Below, one piece after another: positions 1 through 13,512 of a stretch of DNA of 64,000 nucleotides. Below the pieces are notes generated by a model that did no database searches, had not been told where the DNA came from, and saw nothing but the letters and a program-made list of their open reading frames with translations. The DNA is taken from the NCBI GenBank assembly GCA_964270895.1, contig OZ185446.1, one strand, 5' to 3'. A program made the position numbers and the translations under genes. Position 1 is the first letter of the stretch, and the number at the start of each line of letters is the position of its first letter. The stretch is from Podarcis filfolensis (lineage: Eukaryota).

Positions 1-195
1 AAACACTGTTTACCTTCCCGCCGGAGCGGTACTTATTTATCTACTTGCACTTCTGACGTTCTTTAGAATTGCTAGGTTGGCAGGAACAGGGACCGAGCAA
101 CGGGAGCTCACCCCATTACGGGGATTCGAACTGCCGACCTTCTGATCAGCAAGCCCTAGGCTCTGTGGTTTAAGCCACAGTGCTACCCGCGTCCC
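1..195 (-). mobile_element. Sauria SINE (5' part; cut by window edge)
   Basis: Reverse complement of the gggacgcggg-tggcgctgtgg-ttaaacc tRNA-like head and body; same sequence as the copies at 12460, 31000, 56346, 62915. Confidence 0.93.
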
Positions 196-294
196 TTACA
201 TCCATCTATTAGTGATAGATAAATAAAAATAGACAGAGGTAGATTTGGATGGATGATGAATGGAAAGTTTCAAGGTTTTATGATTGTTCATATT

Positions 295-553
295 CTAAGA
301 ACATAACAAGAACCTGCTGGATCAGGCCAATGGCCAATCTAGTTCAGCATCCTGTTGTCACCGTGGCCAACCAGATGCCTGTGGGAAACCTACAAGCAGG
401 ATTTGAGCACAACAGCACTTTCTTCTCCTGTGTTTTCCAGCAACTGGTATTCAGAAGCCTTGCTGCCTCCAATTGTGGAAGCTAGTAGCTATCGATAGAC
501 CTCTCTTCCATGAATCTGTCTTATCCTCTTTTAAAGCCTTCCAAGTTGCTGGC
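295..553 (-). mobile_element. CR1 LINE 3' end fragment
   Basis: aagaacataacaagaacctgctggatcaggcc...ctagttcagcatcctgtt is the reverse complement of the squamate CR1 3' tail (recalled consensus); boundaries approximate. Confidence 0.75.
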
Positions 554-866
554 AAGTTCCAATGAAATATAGCTTTATTTGATATTCATAACATTTGTTT
601 TCTATTTTTTCTGTATCAGATCAGGTTTGTTTTTGTTTCTTTGCAACATCTAATTCACTGTACTTTATTTTATGAGCTAATGGCAGTGAACCTTCCTCTT
701 TTCTGAACTCCCCCCATGTTTTATTTATTTTATTTCTCTCAAAACTTATAGAGAAAGGGGTCCAGCAGCATGGGGTGGCCTATGGCACCAACAGAAATTA
801 AAAGATTTATGTGGGCATCCATTGCTCTCAGAGAATCTTAGAAGCTGAGTTCCCTGTGTCTCTCAG

Positions 867-1010
867 TATAATGGACCGAGCCAGTCACCACTATTCCCTG
901 CCTCCTTGGCAGCAATGGAAGTCTCACATGAGTACTCATGCCTTCAAGGTGAGATGTTTGCTACAAGCTCTCCACACCAGTCGTCCCTGCTGCTGTCCAC
1001 CATCATGAGG
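867..1010 (+). other. Candidate 144-nt internal exon of an unidentified transcript
   Basis: Acceptor ccctgtgtctctcag, donor AGG|gtaagt, open phase 0/0 frame YNGPSQSPLFPASLAAMEVSHEYSCLQGEMFATSSPHQSSLLLSTIMR; no recognised homology. Confidence 0.3.
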
Positions 1011-1269
1011 GTAAGTCTCTGAAAAGAAGTGAGAAGCAGGAGGGCTGGAACTGAGTGCCCTCGGGGTGGAACACCATTAGTTGAACTTCTGAGTATAAAA
1101 CACAACCTAATTAAGAGATAAGTAGGGAAGTCAGGGGGAGGCATTGCTGATGACCGCATTAGGCACTGGCCTAAAGAGAGGACCCCGGGGTGATGGAAAT
1201 GTAGAAAATGAGAAGCCCCGGAGAAATTAGGAATGAAGCAAAATTAGAAGTAAAATAAGGGCATTGTTA

Positions 1270-1485
1270 ATTACATGCTTATCCCAATCGTCCTTTAAAG
1301 AACTGAGGGTGGCTTTATATGGGTTTCTCTCCCCTTTATCTTCACAATAAACCCATGAGCTAGGGCTAGGCCACAAAAGAGTGGCTGGCCCAAGGTCACC
1401 CCGTCAGCTTCATGGGCTGAGTGGGCACTTGAACCCAGTCTCCTTGGTCCTAGTCTGGCATTCTAACCACTATGTCACTCTGACT
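1270..1485 (-). mobile_element. Old MIR/Ther1-type CORE-SINE (Squam3-like)
   Basis: ggctggcccaaggtcaccc...cttgaaccc...ctaaccactat matches the reverse complement of the better-preserved copy at 4190; degenerate. Confidence 0.65.
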
Positions 1486-1488
1486 TAA

Positions 1489-1540
1489 AAAACCAACCAA
1501 CCAACCAACCAACCAACTAACCAAAACAAACAAACAAACC
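1489..1540. repeat. (AACC)n/(AAAC)n microsatellite
   Basis: Directly visible. Confidence 0.95.
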
Positions 1541-1734
1541 CAAGACCAGGATTGTGCACTATTGGTAAGAAGAAAATGGGCAAGGTAAGTGATGTTTGGG
1601 AGTGCTATAGGTAAGGTAGCTAAGGGGGCACACGGCTGCTAGTTTACAGTCTAGAGAGGCCCACCTCCAACTGGGTGCCTGCCAGACATGGTTGAAATCT
1701 TATTAAGTGCCACCAAGCTTGGCCAATGGTCGTA

Positions 1735-2110
1735 GGTGATGGGAACTGTTGTTAGCATCCATCTGTCTTGAGAGACAACCGAGTACACCTCTGGGGGTGA
1801 AGTCAAACTGCTATGGCTGCAGAGACTAGTAACTTGTAACTGCTGCCTCACTTGTCATGTTACATGTTAGCAGCACTGAAGTGACCTCCCCAGGGTGAAA
1901 GCCTGGGCAGTGTGTATGGAGTTCCTGGGCTGCCCGGTTGGGAAGACCCCTCTCTCGGCCTTGCTGATGTGGTCCAAAGGAAAGCAGAGCTGGCACCAGC
2001 TTGGCTACAGGAGTTGCCAGAAGGAGGCATACGAGGCACCATCCAACCATCTTAGGGACTCCATTCTGGATTTCTGTAGGGTTTACTCCCAAAGATGTAT
2101 TGCAAGGCAG
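1735..2110 (+). mobile_element. Interspersed repeat fragment, possibly 5' region of an RTE-clade retroposon
   Basis: Recalled as a common lacertid repeat (gttagcagcactgaagtgacctcccc...ggcaccagcttggct.caggagttgcc); classification uncertain. Confidence 0.4.
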
Positions 2111-3674
2111 TGGGTACAGATTTTTCCAATACAAGGAGTGCACCAGCTTGGGAAAGACTGAAGTATGACAAAGAAATTCTGCCAGTTACATAGGGCTTCT
2201 TCTAATAATAATGGAACGAAAACAGCTTCTTATAATAAAATAGCAAGGGGGGCGGTATGTGTTGTGTATGTGCTGAGCAGTGCAGGGGCAGATGGGGAGC
2301 CTGAAATTCACATGTCCATTTGAACTAACCAGCCAATTCTTTGTTTGCAAGCTTCTTATATATTTGTAATGTGATTGTTCTAAAGACTCTGGGCTATATA
2401 TATGTGTGTGTGTGTGATTGGTGCATGTCAACATAAATGTAGCTAACAGGAATGACAGGCCAGAGAAATGTCTTCACACTAATAAAGCATGTGCAAATTT
2501 ATAATTAAGGCTTGTCTTTCTGGTATACCACTGAGACTGGCGAAAAACATGGAGAAGTTCGATAGGCACAAGGATCTAAAGAGACTATCTATCACAATAA
2601 AAACACCAGGTGACATGGACCCGTGATTATAATGTCTTTTGTTGTCATTACTCTTTCCATTGCATACGTTTGTCAGAATAATAATTAGTGTTCTACTTTT
2701 AAAAAGATGGATTTCACTCATTGTTCTCTCTTAAGATCATCTCTACCATTTGTAATGTAGCTGGAAACCATAATGGGTTTTTTGGTGGTGGGGGTGGGGG
2801 CATATTGCAAATACTTTAGCTGTTTTATTAATGATATAGAGACTTATAATATCATGTTTTTACCCTAACATTAACTATGCTGGACCTTGCATAAACATAC
2901 ACGGGGATAGGTTTTCAGTAGTTCCACAAAACGTTCTCCTAAATTGCATCTTGATGTTATGATTATGGCTATAGTCATCGCTGGAAAGCATCAATGTTTT
3001 AAGTGAGATAAAGGTGATTTAAAGTGCATTTGTGACTCTGGCAATGAGTTGACAGCCATCTTTAACCAGTCTGACCTGGGAATGACCCTGAGCTCAGCTG
3101 GTTGTGAGATACTTTGGTCTATTATGGGACAAAGTATCATATGTCTGCCAGGAGGCAGAGAACACATTGTAAGATCACGGCTGAGTAACACCACAAGACA
3201 GAACCTCATATTGTTTGACAAGGAAACTATACACAAATTTTAAAACAGTTTTAAAAGAAAGAAAGAAAAGAAGTGCCTTTCCCCTCCAAATGTATAAAAA
3301 TTCACATTTGTTAACCTCTTACTTCTGTCCTTAGGTTAAAACAAATGATCTTGGTCCCAGATTGCATATAAGCAAGTTAACGCATGATGATAAATTAAAA
3401 TGGACATACATCTTTCATTTGGCTTTTCCCCTTCCCATGTGGCTTTTACTAGTTATCCATGTCTATTAATACTGACACCCCACTAGCAGTTTTGTCCAAA
3501 GCTGCATACATAATTTTTGTCACGCACAGTAGTATTGGAGGTCACCTAAAGAAGGCGTCTTGAAGCAGATGATATCAGCCAAAGATATGATTTGATGACT
3601 GGCTATTACCCCTCCATAGGCATGTGGGTACATTTACATGTGTGAATGACCTGGAAGAGGCACATCAAGATTTA

Positions 3675-3720
<46 letters not shown>
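3675..3720. repeat. (TTA)n microsatellite
   Basis: Directly visible. Confidence 0.95.
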
Positions 3721-4189
3721 GCGAAGTGATCTTTATTATTTATTAATAACACTTTATTACTGCCTGATCCTGTGCAGGTTAACTTGGAAGTGATGTCCTC
3801 TGAATTGCTCATAGATAAGTATGCACAGGATTTCCTAAACCATGCCTCTCTCTCTCATGCTTTCTGTCACCCTTTCCCTCTTTACTCCCCCCTCCTCTCT
3901 CTCCATTTCCCATATTTCTGCCGTCCCCTTTCTTTTCCACCCAGTCCCTCTGGCCTCCTGCTCCCACTCCCAAAACAAGGTAGCAACTCTTTGGTGCTCT
4001 TTTAACCCTCTTCCTTCTACATTCCAATCTGCTTTTTCATCAGGGTGAGAGGGTGAGTCTAGGATAGTCACTTTGGAGCAAGAACCCCTGGATTCTCAAG
4101 CAGGATTGGTTGGAATAAGTGAATGGCCAATATCAATTTGGAACTGATCAATGCATGGATCGAAGTTATGGTGTTCCAGATGAAACCAT

Positions 4190-4487
4190 GGGCTAGTGTG
4201 GTGTAGTGGTTAAGAGCAGTAGTCTCGTAATCTGGGGAACCGGGTTCGAGTCTCCGCTCCTCCGCATGCAGCTGCTGGGTGACCTTGGGCCAGTCACACT
4301 TCTTTGAAGTCTCTCAGCCCCACTCACCTCACAGAGTGTTTGTTATAGGGGAGGAAGGGAAAGGAGAATGTTAGCCGCTTTGAGACTCCTTCAGGTAGTG
4401 ATAAAGCGGGATATCAAATCCAAACTCCTCCTCCTCCTCCTCCTCCTCCTCCTCCTCCTCCTCTTCTTCTTCTTCTTCTTCTTCTTC
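4190..4487 (+). mobile_element. Squam3-like tRNA/CORE SINE with (CTC)n(TTC)n tail
   Basis: Pol III A box (tggtgtagtgg) and B box (ggttcgagtc), CORE-like gggtgaccttgggccagtcac, simple-repeat tail 4425-4487; second copy inverted at 61388-61653. Confidence 0.88.
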
Positions 4488-4875
4488 AGTGGCAGAACAT
4501 GACCAATAGGCTGAATCCAACCCAAGGGTTGATGTCTTTCATTCCATGCATCTGGCCTGATTCATTCTAGCCTGTGTGACTGCTGCCCAAACTTCAGAAT
4601 GTGCAGCGTCACAACTATAGCAGTAACAAATGCAAGAAGCAGTCTTATGAGTCTTCCTGTTTCCTTCTTCACTGGTCAAGTTATTATTTCCTACAACATT
4701 ATTATTATTTCACCTCCACTGGGATCACTGGTGCTGTTGTAAGCCCTCATGAATCAGGAGACTTGTGTGGTTGGCATTACCATTACAATGTCCATGGCCA
4801 ATGCCTTTGTTGACATGGGCATGAATCTGCTGTATCCGTCCTTTTCTATGTTTTCACTCATAGTTACTTGCCAAA

Positions 4876-5070
4876 CATAGGAGCCAACTCCTAGGGGCTG
4901 AGGTCTCTTCATCCCCCACCTCAAATAAAATATTTGAGGATGTCGGGCCCCCCAAAATTGATAGCCATTGCCATTTAAATGGTGTGTGCCCGCCACACCT
5001 TGTGATCTATTATGTGGAGTGGGGCTTCCCTGGGCCCCCTAATATTTTATTCAAGTCCCACCCCCCGCTG
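4876..5070 (+). mobile_element. Non-autonomous DNA transposon fragment (cataggagccaactcc terminus, hAT-like)
   Basis: Related inverted copy at about 61655-61824 ending ggagttgactcctgtg; shared aatatttt and ggcaatg(g/c) motifs. Confidence 0.5.
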
Positions 5071-7524
5071 CCATAAGCTTTTCACGAGGCAGCTATAGAT
5101 ATAAATAAATTTAATTACAGTAACCCCCTTCATGATGAAAGCCCAAACATGTGCATAAATTAACCCAAGCATGAATCTGAATTTATACACCACTTCCTGC
5201 TTCCTTGCCTATTGACATATGGTTGGCTTTGGCTTGGTCAGATGGCCTCCAGGATGAGATTGACAAGATGTGAATCATGTGACCTCCTGAACGGAGAGGC
5301 ATTAGAACAGCCCTGGGGTGGCCACACTTCTATTGCATAACACCCTGTGGGTAGGATCATGATTTTGCTGCAAAGATTTATCCCACTCTGCTCACTTGTG
5401 TGCTGCAACTGCTTTCTGTCTTCTGAATATTGACTCATGTGCCAAAATGTTAGAGGACTTCATCTATGGCCCAGCCAATATATCTTTACAGTAACAGGCC
5501 AAAGGATTTTTGTCAGGGAACAATACTCAGGAGAGTTTCATGATGTGGGGGGTGGCAGCACACACAAGCTGTTCTGAAATATAGTCCAAGAGAAGCAGTG
5601 GCAGCAATGGCTGGGGCCAGGGATATATTTGCCCATTCAGCTTTTCATAGAAATGCCTTCTTTTTATCATCCTGGCCTGTGAAGAAGTGTAAAAGATACT
5701 ATTGGATATTTGAGGAAGGGGGACTGGATGGAGAGGGTGTTAAATAAATAATAATTTAGAAGTGATCTCTATGTCCCTCCCTATCAAAATTGGCACATTT
5801 TATTTAAATATTTTGAATGGGGCATTTCCCGCATTACAAAATGCATTGTTGTACTCCACCTCCGTGGCTTCTGGCTGTGAAGCAGTTAATAGATGTGCAG
5901 AACAAATACATTAATTCTGATACAGTGGAGTGTATTTATCTCTTATACAGCTCTTCTCTAATCAATCTCCTATACAGATTGTAACCTCTGCGGTTAAACA
6001 GCACATTTCTAGCATTCCGCTAGGCAAGATGGTGATGATTTAAGCTTCTTGTTTTGTAGACCACTGTTCTAATTCATTCGGTGTGAGTGGAACACCCTTT
6101 CGTATTTTGTGGCATGGAGGAGGCTTCCCAACTGAAAGGCTTGAAATGTTTCCAAATTGAAACAGAGCTCTTAGGCTATACTGTGCACTGCGATTAAAAG
6201 AAGGGGTGGGGAAATGAGGAAAAAGACACGTGGGGACGAATTTGGAAGCTGCTGCAAGGTTCATGGGGGACGCTGTGTCATGGGGATACTGATCAGTCAA
6301 AGCCCAACTGTTCAAGGGCCACAGTGCTTTTATGTGGCATCCATTTCAGCAAACAACATTCACTTCACATTACATGAAGCTCAAGCCTGTACTAGATTTC
6401 ATTTAACAACGCAACCCAAGGAATATGACAACCAGGACCTGCAACAGAGTGTTGATATAAACCCTTATACCTAAGAGGAGTGCTTTTCTTAAATACTACA
6501 GTCAGCCTGGAATGGGATGTCTGCTTGGTAGGGAAGACACCTCTCCCCTCTCCCTACCACCGCTGGGACCATCTCCTGGTATAGTATATACTACTAGAGC
6601 AGTGGTTCACCAACCTATTTTGAACCGCCCCCAACCTATTTAGACTATTGGCGCTTCCTTTATCAAATGATATCAGGGAAACATAATTAATAACAACAGC
6701 AGTTCCCTCTCTTTACAGACTCAGCCGCAATCAGAATTCTGAAAGCCCAGAAGTTCTTATGGGCAGATTTTATTTATTTTATTTTTATTTTCAAATTTCT
6801 TTATTTCTGCATACCTAGTGAAGTGGCCCTGCTTCACTTTCAAGCGAACAGATACTTGACAATGTTGTTGTTGTTAATGGTATTTTTACTCTGCTCTTTA
6901 GCTGAAATGGCTCCCTGAGCAGGCTTATAAAGATCACAAGTAGTAAGACACTTGCTACCCTCAGGCTTACAATCTAAAAGACTCGATAAGCAAAGGGAAA
7001 GAGATGGGGAGGGAATGGTGGGGGGCATGATTAAGCTCAGGCACCAGTTCTTAAATTTACTGTTTTTATAATGACCAGCTGTTAGAGGAATAATCACAAG
7101 TTACTTGTTCAAAAATACCGTAGTTCATTTTGGTTCCATTCCGGTCTATGGAGCTGTTCACAGAATTAGTAAAGTCACATTACCATGTTGGTATGCAGGA
7201 ACTGTGGATGGAGAGGTTAGAGTTTAGAAAATAGAAGGGTGGTCATATTTTGGCCTCTATTTTGAAAGACTGGTGGAAGACACTCCTCTATTTGAAGGCG
7301 GTCTGCCAAGAAGAAGAAAAATAAGAAGAAGAAGTACCCCGCCTATCTGACTTGTTCAGTGCAAGAGTGGTTTAAAGATTAGGAGCCATAAAAAGACAGA
7401 GCAGGAGTCTTGAAGTTGCCCGTTAACAGAGAGCAGCACCTGGTCAGCAAACTGAGCAGGGACATGTCATCTGGTATATTCCCCACTATGGTGAGAAGAA
7501 TTGTATTTCTATTTAGCTTATCGT

Positions 7525-7875
7525 CAGGGCTGGATTTAGGTTTGTTCAGGCCCTAAGCTACTGAAGGTAATGGGGCCCTATAGATGTCCAGCTGTCCTTT
7601 GTCAACAACAAATTGTCGCTGTTTTTTGTGTTGAATATATGCTATATGGTAATTTATGGACCTAATAGGTATCTAAAGCCATTTGCACATAGCAAAATAG
7701 AGGCCTACACAACACAAAACACTGTTGCTGTATGTAGGTTTTATTTTATTTGTTTTTTATCTTGTATTTTGGAAATGTACATCCAGTTTTTCCCCCTTTA
7801 TTTTTTTGGGAGGGGCCCCAAGAAAGTGGGGCCCTAAGCTATAGCTTGTTTAGCTTGTACGTAAATCCAGCCCTG
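7525..7875. mobile_element. hAT-superfamily MITE
   Basis: Perfect 14-bp TIR cagggctggattta/taaatccagccctg; 8-bp TSD cttatcgt/cttatagt (1 mismatch). Confidence 0.92.
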
Positions 7876-8394
7876 CTTATAGTAATTATTTCTGAATTTT
7901 CACCTACACATATAAATTGACTTCTTCTTTTTGGGGTGTGTTTGTGTGTAATGCACATCTTTCTTTTAAGGCAATGTACTGTAAAACTGGCTCCCCAAAT
8001 GTAGAGCGAACCAATCCTGCATTTCTTTATCACGCTTTACCCAGCTGTTAAAAAATGTTCTCAGCAGTTTTGCAATGGTGATGTAAATACAGATCAATTC
8101 CTGAGCTGAATATATGCTGAAACAATTCCACCTACACTCTGAACGCTGCTTGGTTCCAGATATTTTCAGCGTGCCAATCTGATGTTGCAAACCCAGCCTA
8201 AATAATAGCAATAGATTGACTGAGAGGCAGAAGCACTAAGTTAATTAAATTGCATTGTGCACATTTTAATGGGCCAAATCAGCATTTAAGAACTGAACTT
8301 GGCATAGATTGCCATGCTGCTTGAGCATGAATGTGTGGGAGACGGTTTGTCATGTCAAAACTGCATAATCTTTAAAAGTATTTTATATAGAGTG

Positions 8395-8395
<1 letters not shown>

Positions 8396-8442
<47 letters not shown>

Positions 8443-8457
8443 GTGAGTGAGTGAGTG
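8396..8457. repeat. Compound (TA)n(GA)n(GAGT)n microsatellite
   Basis: Directly visible. Confidence 0.95.
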
Positions 8458-9514
8458 TTGCCGGTTAAATATTTAAGTGATTGGTTTGAAGCCATGTCAT
8501 TTAGAGATGATTCTGTTTTATGTTCCTAGTATCCTTTCAGTATTTCCAGAGAGGGCTCACTCTGTACATAAAACTGCTGTTGGCGGTATACCATTAACAT
8601 AACAACCCAAGTAAGATCTGTACCTTGACACAGGATGACAAGGATTTTATAATAAAACCACACAAAAATAGTATCCATAACAGTGAGGCCTAGAATGCCT
8701 TTTAAAGCAAAGATTTCATTTCAGCAAGTGCTTAAAATGGATTTTCTTTTAGTGCTTTTATCATAATAATATGGGCACACATTTCTAACTGGCAAATAAT
8801 GATAATCCCTATTGAGAGTAATATGCCTGTTGTTGTCATAATGGATCTCCATTCACACATTTAACAGCTTGAAGGTACACATTTTAGACACCATAACTTA
8901 CTGTAATTAATCTTTATTACGCCATTACTGCCATGTACTCATAAAACGCAGAACCCATGTAGGAATTTATCACTTATATTAATGAACGTGCCAGAGCCCT
9001 GCTAAAATTGCAGTTCAACTTGTTTTTTAGAGGCACCACACACAAACAAGGAGCCTAGGAATCGGCTGCATGCCTGCCACTCTGTAGGAATATGCATCTA
9101 TGTAATAAGCCTACATGAAAAGATGTTGCCTTCTGTTTTAAAATTCATTAGCTTCCTAATAAGACAATATTAGATCTGCCAATCACACGGAGATCTTGGA
9201 AAGTCAGGATTTCATTATAGTCTTCAGTCAAGTATCTTTTCCACTAATAACCATCACTGTTTGTTAGGTCAACCGGCCTCTTAATTATGTCTCAGGAATA
9301 ATGAATCTCTTGCCACAGCAAGAAAAGATTCGAAAGGATTTCCAATTGCAGCGTAAAAATCCCTGGGCCACAAATCTTGGCTGTAAATGAAATGAGACTG
9401 GAATGTCCTGCTGAACATTCCACAGGGATTCTAGGATCATAAAAAGGGGGGGGGACCTAGGAACAGGAGTGAAAATAAGAATGGGACATTAAATGCTGGA
9501 AACAGACAAATGGA

Positions 9515-9675
9515 AGGATGTGTCTGTGTTCACATTTAAAGTATATGACTTTCTCCAAAGAATTTTGGGAACTGTAGTTTTCCTCTCACAGAGCTACAAT
9601 TCCCAGCACCCTTGACAAACTACCATTCACATGGGGGAAATCATGTGCTTTGAATGTTTGTTTTAAATGTGTGTC
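9515..9675. mobile_element. Palindromic MITE (catttaaagcacatgacttcccccaaagaat family, unclassified)
   Basis: Related copies at about 18474-18612 and 47190-47333; internal inverted symmetry (gggaactgtagttt / ctacaattccc). Confidence 0.6.
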
Positions 9676-12459
9676 TATGCTTATGTGTGTCCCACTGTGT
9701 GGTTTTGAGAACCCTTCTTTCCATGTTTCAATGTAATTTGTAGGGCTATAATTTCAGAGATTTTTTGGCAGTCCTGTGCCCAAGTAGCAGGGAATCTGTT
9801 GGAAAACAAGCCTGCTCATTTTGCCTCTGGGGTGACAGCCTTTATTTACTGCAGTTATACACCTTCCAAAATCAGCTCCAGTTAAGAGCAGTCCACAACC
9901 ACACAGTGCTGAATCGCACACTGAACGCTTGGTAGTTTTATAGCAGGTTGGCTCTTCACGTAAATTTGGAATGTGTTTACCTTTCCCATTCAAACACTGT
10001 TTTGATTTATGGCTCGTGAGAACATCTGGCATGCAACTGGCCCAGCCAAGGAAGGGCTAAAATGGACTTTGTCAAGAAACTCTCAGAATGAGGAAGTGTG
10101 CATGGCAAACAACAATATCTTCCATTGAGGTGTCTATCTTGTCTCTGTGAGCCGTGGGATGAAATTGAAGAAGCAGAAATTTTTCTAGATGTTTCCAGGT
10201 ATCTTTCTTTCTTGTCTGGACTAGTTGCCTGCTGTCTGTGGTATCTGTGTCTGTAAATTCCAATGGCACTAGCAATACCTTGGTGATGTCATGCGCTGGA
10301 TTGCATCCACAGAAAAACAAGGACACAGGTGTGTCACTCACATTTTCCTAGTTTGGTTTGGTTGGTGACAGTATCTTTAATAGTCTATTTAACTTGGACT
10401 TCTTTTTCATGTAATATTGCAACATCAGAAGAAGAATTCCTTATCCATATCTTTTAAAAGCACATGAACATTTAAAAAAAAATATGCATGCTAGGAAGAA
10501 CCCAGTATTTTTCTTAAAAAAATACTTCACTTTCCTAGTCCAAAGAAGCAAAATGAAATAGCTGAAACTAGATTGTAATATGAATCAGATCACTTAAAGG
10601 AGCATATAAGATTTAACTGATACATATTAGAGATATCAAATGATAAAACTTTTTAAATTTATTACTCAGTACATTAATGAATCAAATATTTCATTCCATT
10701 TCAGTACATTTCCATATTACTAAAATTAGATTTGTTTTGAAATAATGAAGTAAGAAAAAGATATTGAAATTTAATAAAAGAAAGCTACCACTCACTGCAT
10801 GGGAGTGGCCAGGATTTTTGTTGGGTGGGGGCAAGCCTTTTGTTAGGGGGACAGAACTGATGTGATTGGTCAGTTAGTTAAGTATTCCCTGCCCCCCGGC
10901 TATATGTATATTTTCTATTACATTAACACACAGGAACCAAAATAGCTTCAATGTGATTTAAATTTGCCCACACTAATTGCAATTAATCAAATAAAGCTTT
11001 AGTTGCTTAGCTTGCCAATAAACCTGATTAAGAACTCGAGTAAGAACCCGAGTAAGAACCCTACTTACTTAAGAAATATACTCCATTCCTCTCATGCCAC
11101 AGGACACAACTCTTCAACTTGCCTTAAAAAGAGATAGAATCAAATCAAATAAGAATTATTTGGGACTCTTCTGTCACTATTAGTCATCTTATTAATTTCT
11201 GTTTGTTCAGTTTGTTATCAGACTGAAGGAGTATCATTTGCCACCAATACTGTGCTGTAACAATTAAAAGCTGAGTATTAGAAGGCTAATCCTACGCATG
11301 TTTACTCAAAAGTAAGTCCCTTTGCATCCAATGGGACCCGCTTCCAGTCAGCATGCTTTGTATGCCTACATGAATGTCAGTTCCATTGAAAGCCATTATA
11401 AGCTATTTAAAAGTACCTGTGTTTTATCCATACCCTATCATATTATGGATTAATTACTTAGGGATTAAAACTGTAATGCAGTTCTCTGAGCTGAGTGCAC
11501 AGACTGAATGTCTATCTGAGCAGCCATGAAGACGGCTATTAGGATCGAGAAGAATATAATGTTTTACATTAGTCCGAACCTAATCTATATGACACCATAT
11601 AGAAGCAACAACATACCATTTTCAAATCACTTATCCACTTCCTTGTTTGTTTTTCTCCTTTCATATATCACAAATAAATTCTTGTTCTCACTACTGGGCA
11701 TTTAGTTGAAAAAGCAACGTATATTTCTGGCTACTTGGTTCTGCAGTTTGCTTGTAGGTATTCATTTATATATTCACAGGCTCCTATAATATATTTAAAA
11801 ACCAGAAATGAAACCCCATTGCATTTTTCTTCTGAGTTAGATTACATCAAATGATTGGGAAATAATCTCCTGTGCCTTTTATAGTGAAATGATACACACG
11901 TCCCCGTGTTCTCTGCACCATGAAACCACAGTGTCTTGAAAAATAAAACGGTACAAATTGGTAATTTACCAGCATGCTGCAAGTAACTGAGCTACTTCCC
12001 TTGCTGCATATCAAACCTGCAGCTTCACATCTTAATCAGGTTTTTATTTAAATAGTTTTCACCGTAGTACAATAGACAGAACAGACAAGCTGTTCTTCAG
12101 TAATGAGTTACATTGTCATCATGTCATAATTCCTCAAAATGATGAACCATAATATGAACATAGAGCACATGTCACGAAAGAGAGGCGTTTGTGGGGAGAA
12201 TGCAAACTGTCCCTGTGTACGTCTCTCTTGCTTTGCCTCCTGAGGCTACGAGACTGCCTGACCAAAAATGCAGTCAGGCAGCACTTGAAAAAGATCTCCA
12301 AGCATCACCGTGCCTCCAACTCAGGTACTGACCACCTCTAGAAAGAGAACCTGCCTGTGCTAAAACTTTGCTTCATATGGCATGTGCAAGCATGCAGTCA
12401 GGGGACGAGGTTGCATGGGCACATTAGCTCAGTGATGGCATGAAACTGGAGGAATATGA

Positions 12460-12815
12460 TAGGTAAAGGTAAAGGGACCCCTGACCATTAGGTCCAGTCG
12501 TGGCCGACTCTGGGGTTGCAGTGCTCATCTCACTTTATTGGCTGAGGGAGCCGGCGTACAGCTTCCGGGTCATGTGGCCAGCATGACTTAGCCGCTTCTG
12601 GCGAACCAGAGCAGTGCACGGAAACACTGTTTACCTTCCCGCCGGAGTGGTACATATTTATCTACTTGCACTTTGAGGTGCTTTCGAACTGCTAGGTTGG
12701 CAGAAGCAGGGACCGAGCAATGGGAGCTCACCCCGTCACAGGGATTCGAACCGGTGACCTTATGATCAGCAGGTCCTAGGCTCTGTGGTTTAACCCACAG
12801 CGCCACCCACGTCCC
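12460..12815 (-). mobile_element. Full-length Sauria SINE
   Basis: Complete head to (acctt)n tail; 13-bp TSD tggaggaatatga at 12447-12459 and 12816-12828. Confidence 0.97.
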
Positions 12816-12850
12816 TGGAGGAATATGAAGACTCTCCTAAATTATGCAGG

Positions 12851-13041
12851 TGGAGATTGGAGAAGCTCATTGGTAGAGCATCTGCTTTGCATACAGAAGG
12901 CAGAAGACCTCAGCTTCAACCCCCAGCATTCCAGGTAGGGTTGTGACAGACCCCAGTATGAAAGCCTGGAGGGCCACTGCCTGTCAGGATAGACAAAACT
13001 GAGCTGATAGTCTGTTTCAGTATAAGGCAGCTGCTGTGTTC
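12851..13041 (+). mobile_element. tRNA-head SINE with CR1-type 3' tail (Squam2-like, name tentative)
   Basis: agctcattggtagagcatctgctttgcat head and cagtataaggcagct tail; related remnant at 45277-45433. Confidence 0.65.
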
Positions 13042-13512
13042 ATCACTAAGCCTTGCCAGCCTTTGAACGCATGAAGAATCAAAAGGATTGCAAAAGAGTG
13101 GTGCAATATACCCTTACTTTTTTGTTGTTTAAGTCCCACCTTCTCTCAATTTCCAGCATCCATGCATAATGCTACCCTATGATTATCCTTGTTACATTTC
13201 TCAAGAGTCATTCCTATCCTTGGGCGGGGATAGTGTAATGTGGGGGTGCTAAAGTGTGCATAACGAGCTTCAATTTGCACTTGCGAGACACAAGGTGCAG
13301 TTCAGCATCTCCGAGACATTAACTATGTTACATCTACATTCTCTATTGTATGACAAGTGCACCTATTTTTAGATATGGGTCTGACAGAGTCAGGGGACAG
13401 AGTATGAATTGTACCCCTTAAAACAGTCCTACCTGGGCTTGGATGAGAGGTGGGGAGGCTCTGGATATTAGTGGGCTCCAAACTCCCATAATCAACCATA
13501 GTCAATATAGTC

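Noticed and set aside
4190-4265. tRNA-like A/B boxes (also near 12860, 54060-54130, 61590-61650 and in Sauria SINE heads)
   Set aside because: SINE heads continuing into SINE bodies; no complete cloverleaf, so not tRNA genes.
9754-10341. Two minus-strand ORFs and plus-strand splice-like motifs
   Set aside because: No consistent exon structure; plus frames contain stops; no homology recognised.
11029-11061. 12-bp tandem repeat (taagaacccgag) x2.7
   Set aside because: Ordinary short slippage duplication; not CRISPR-like (no spacers).
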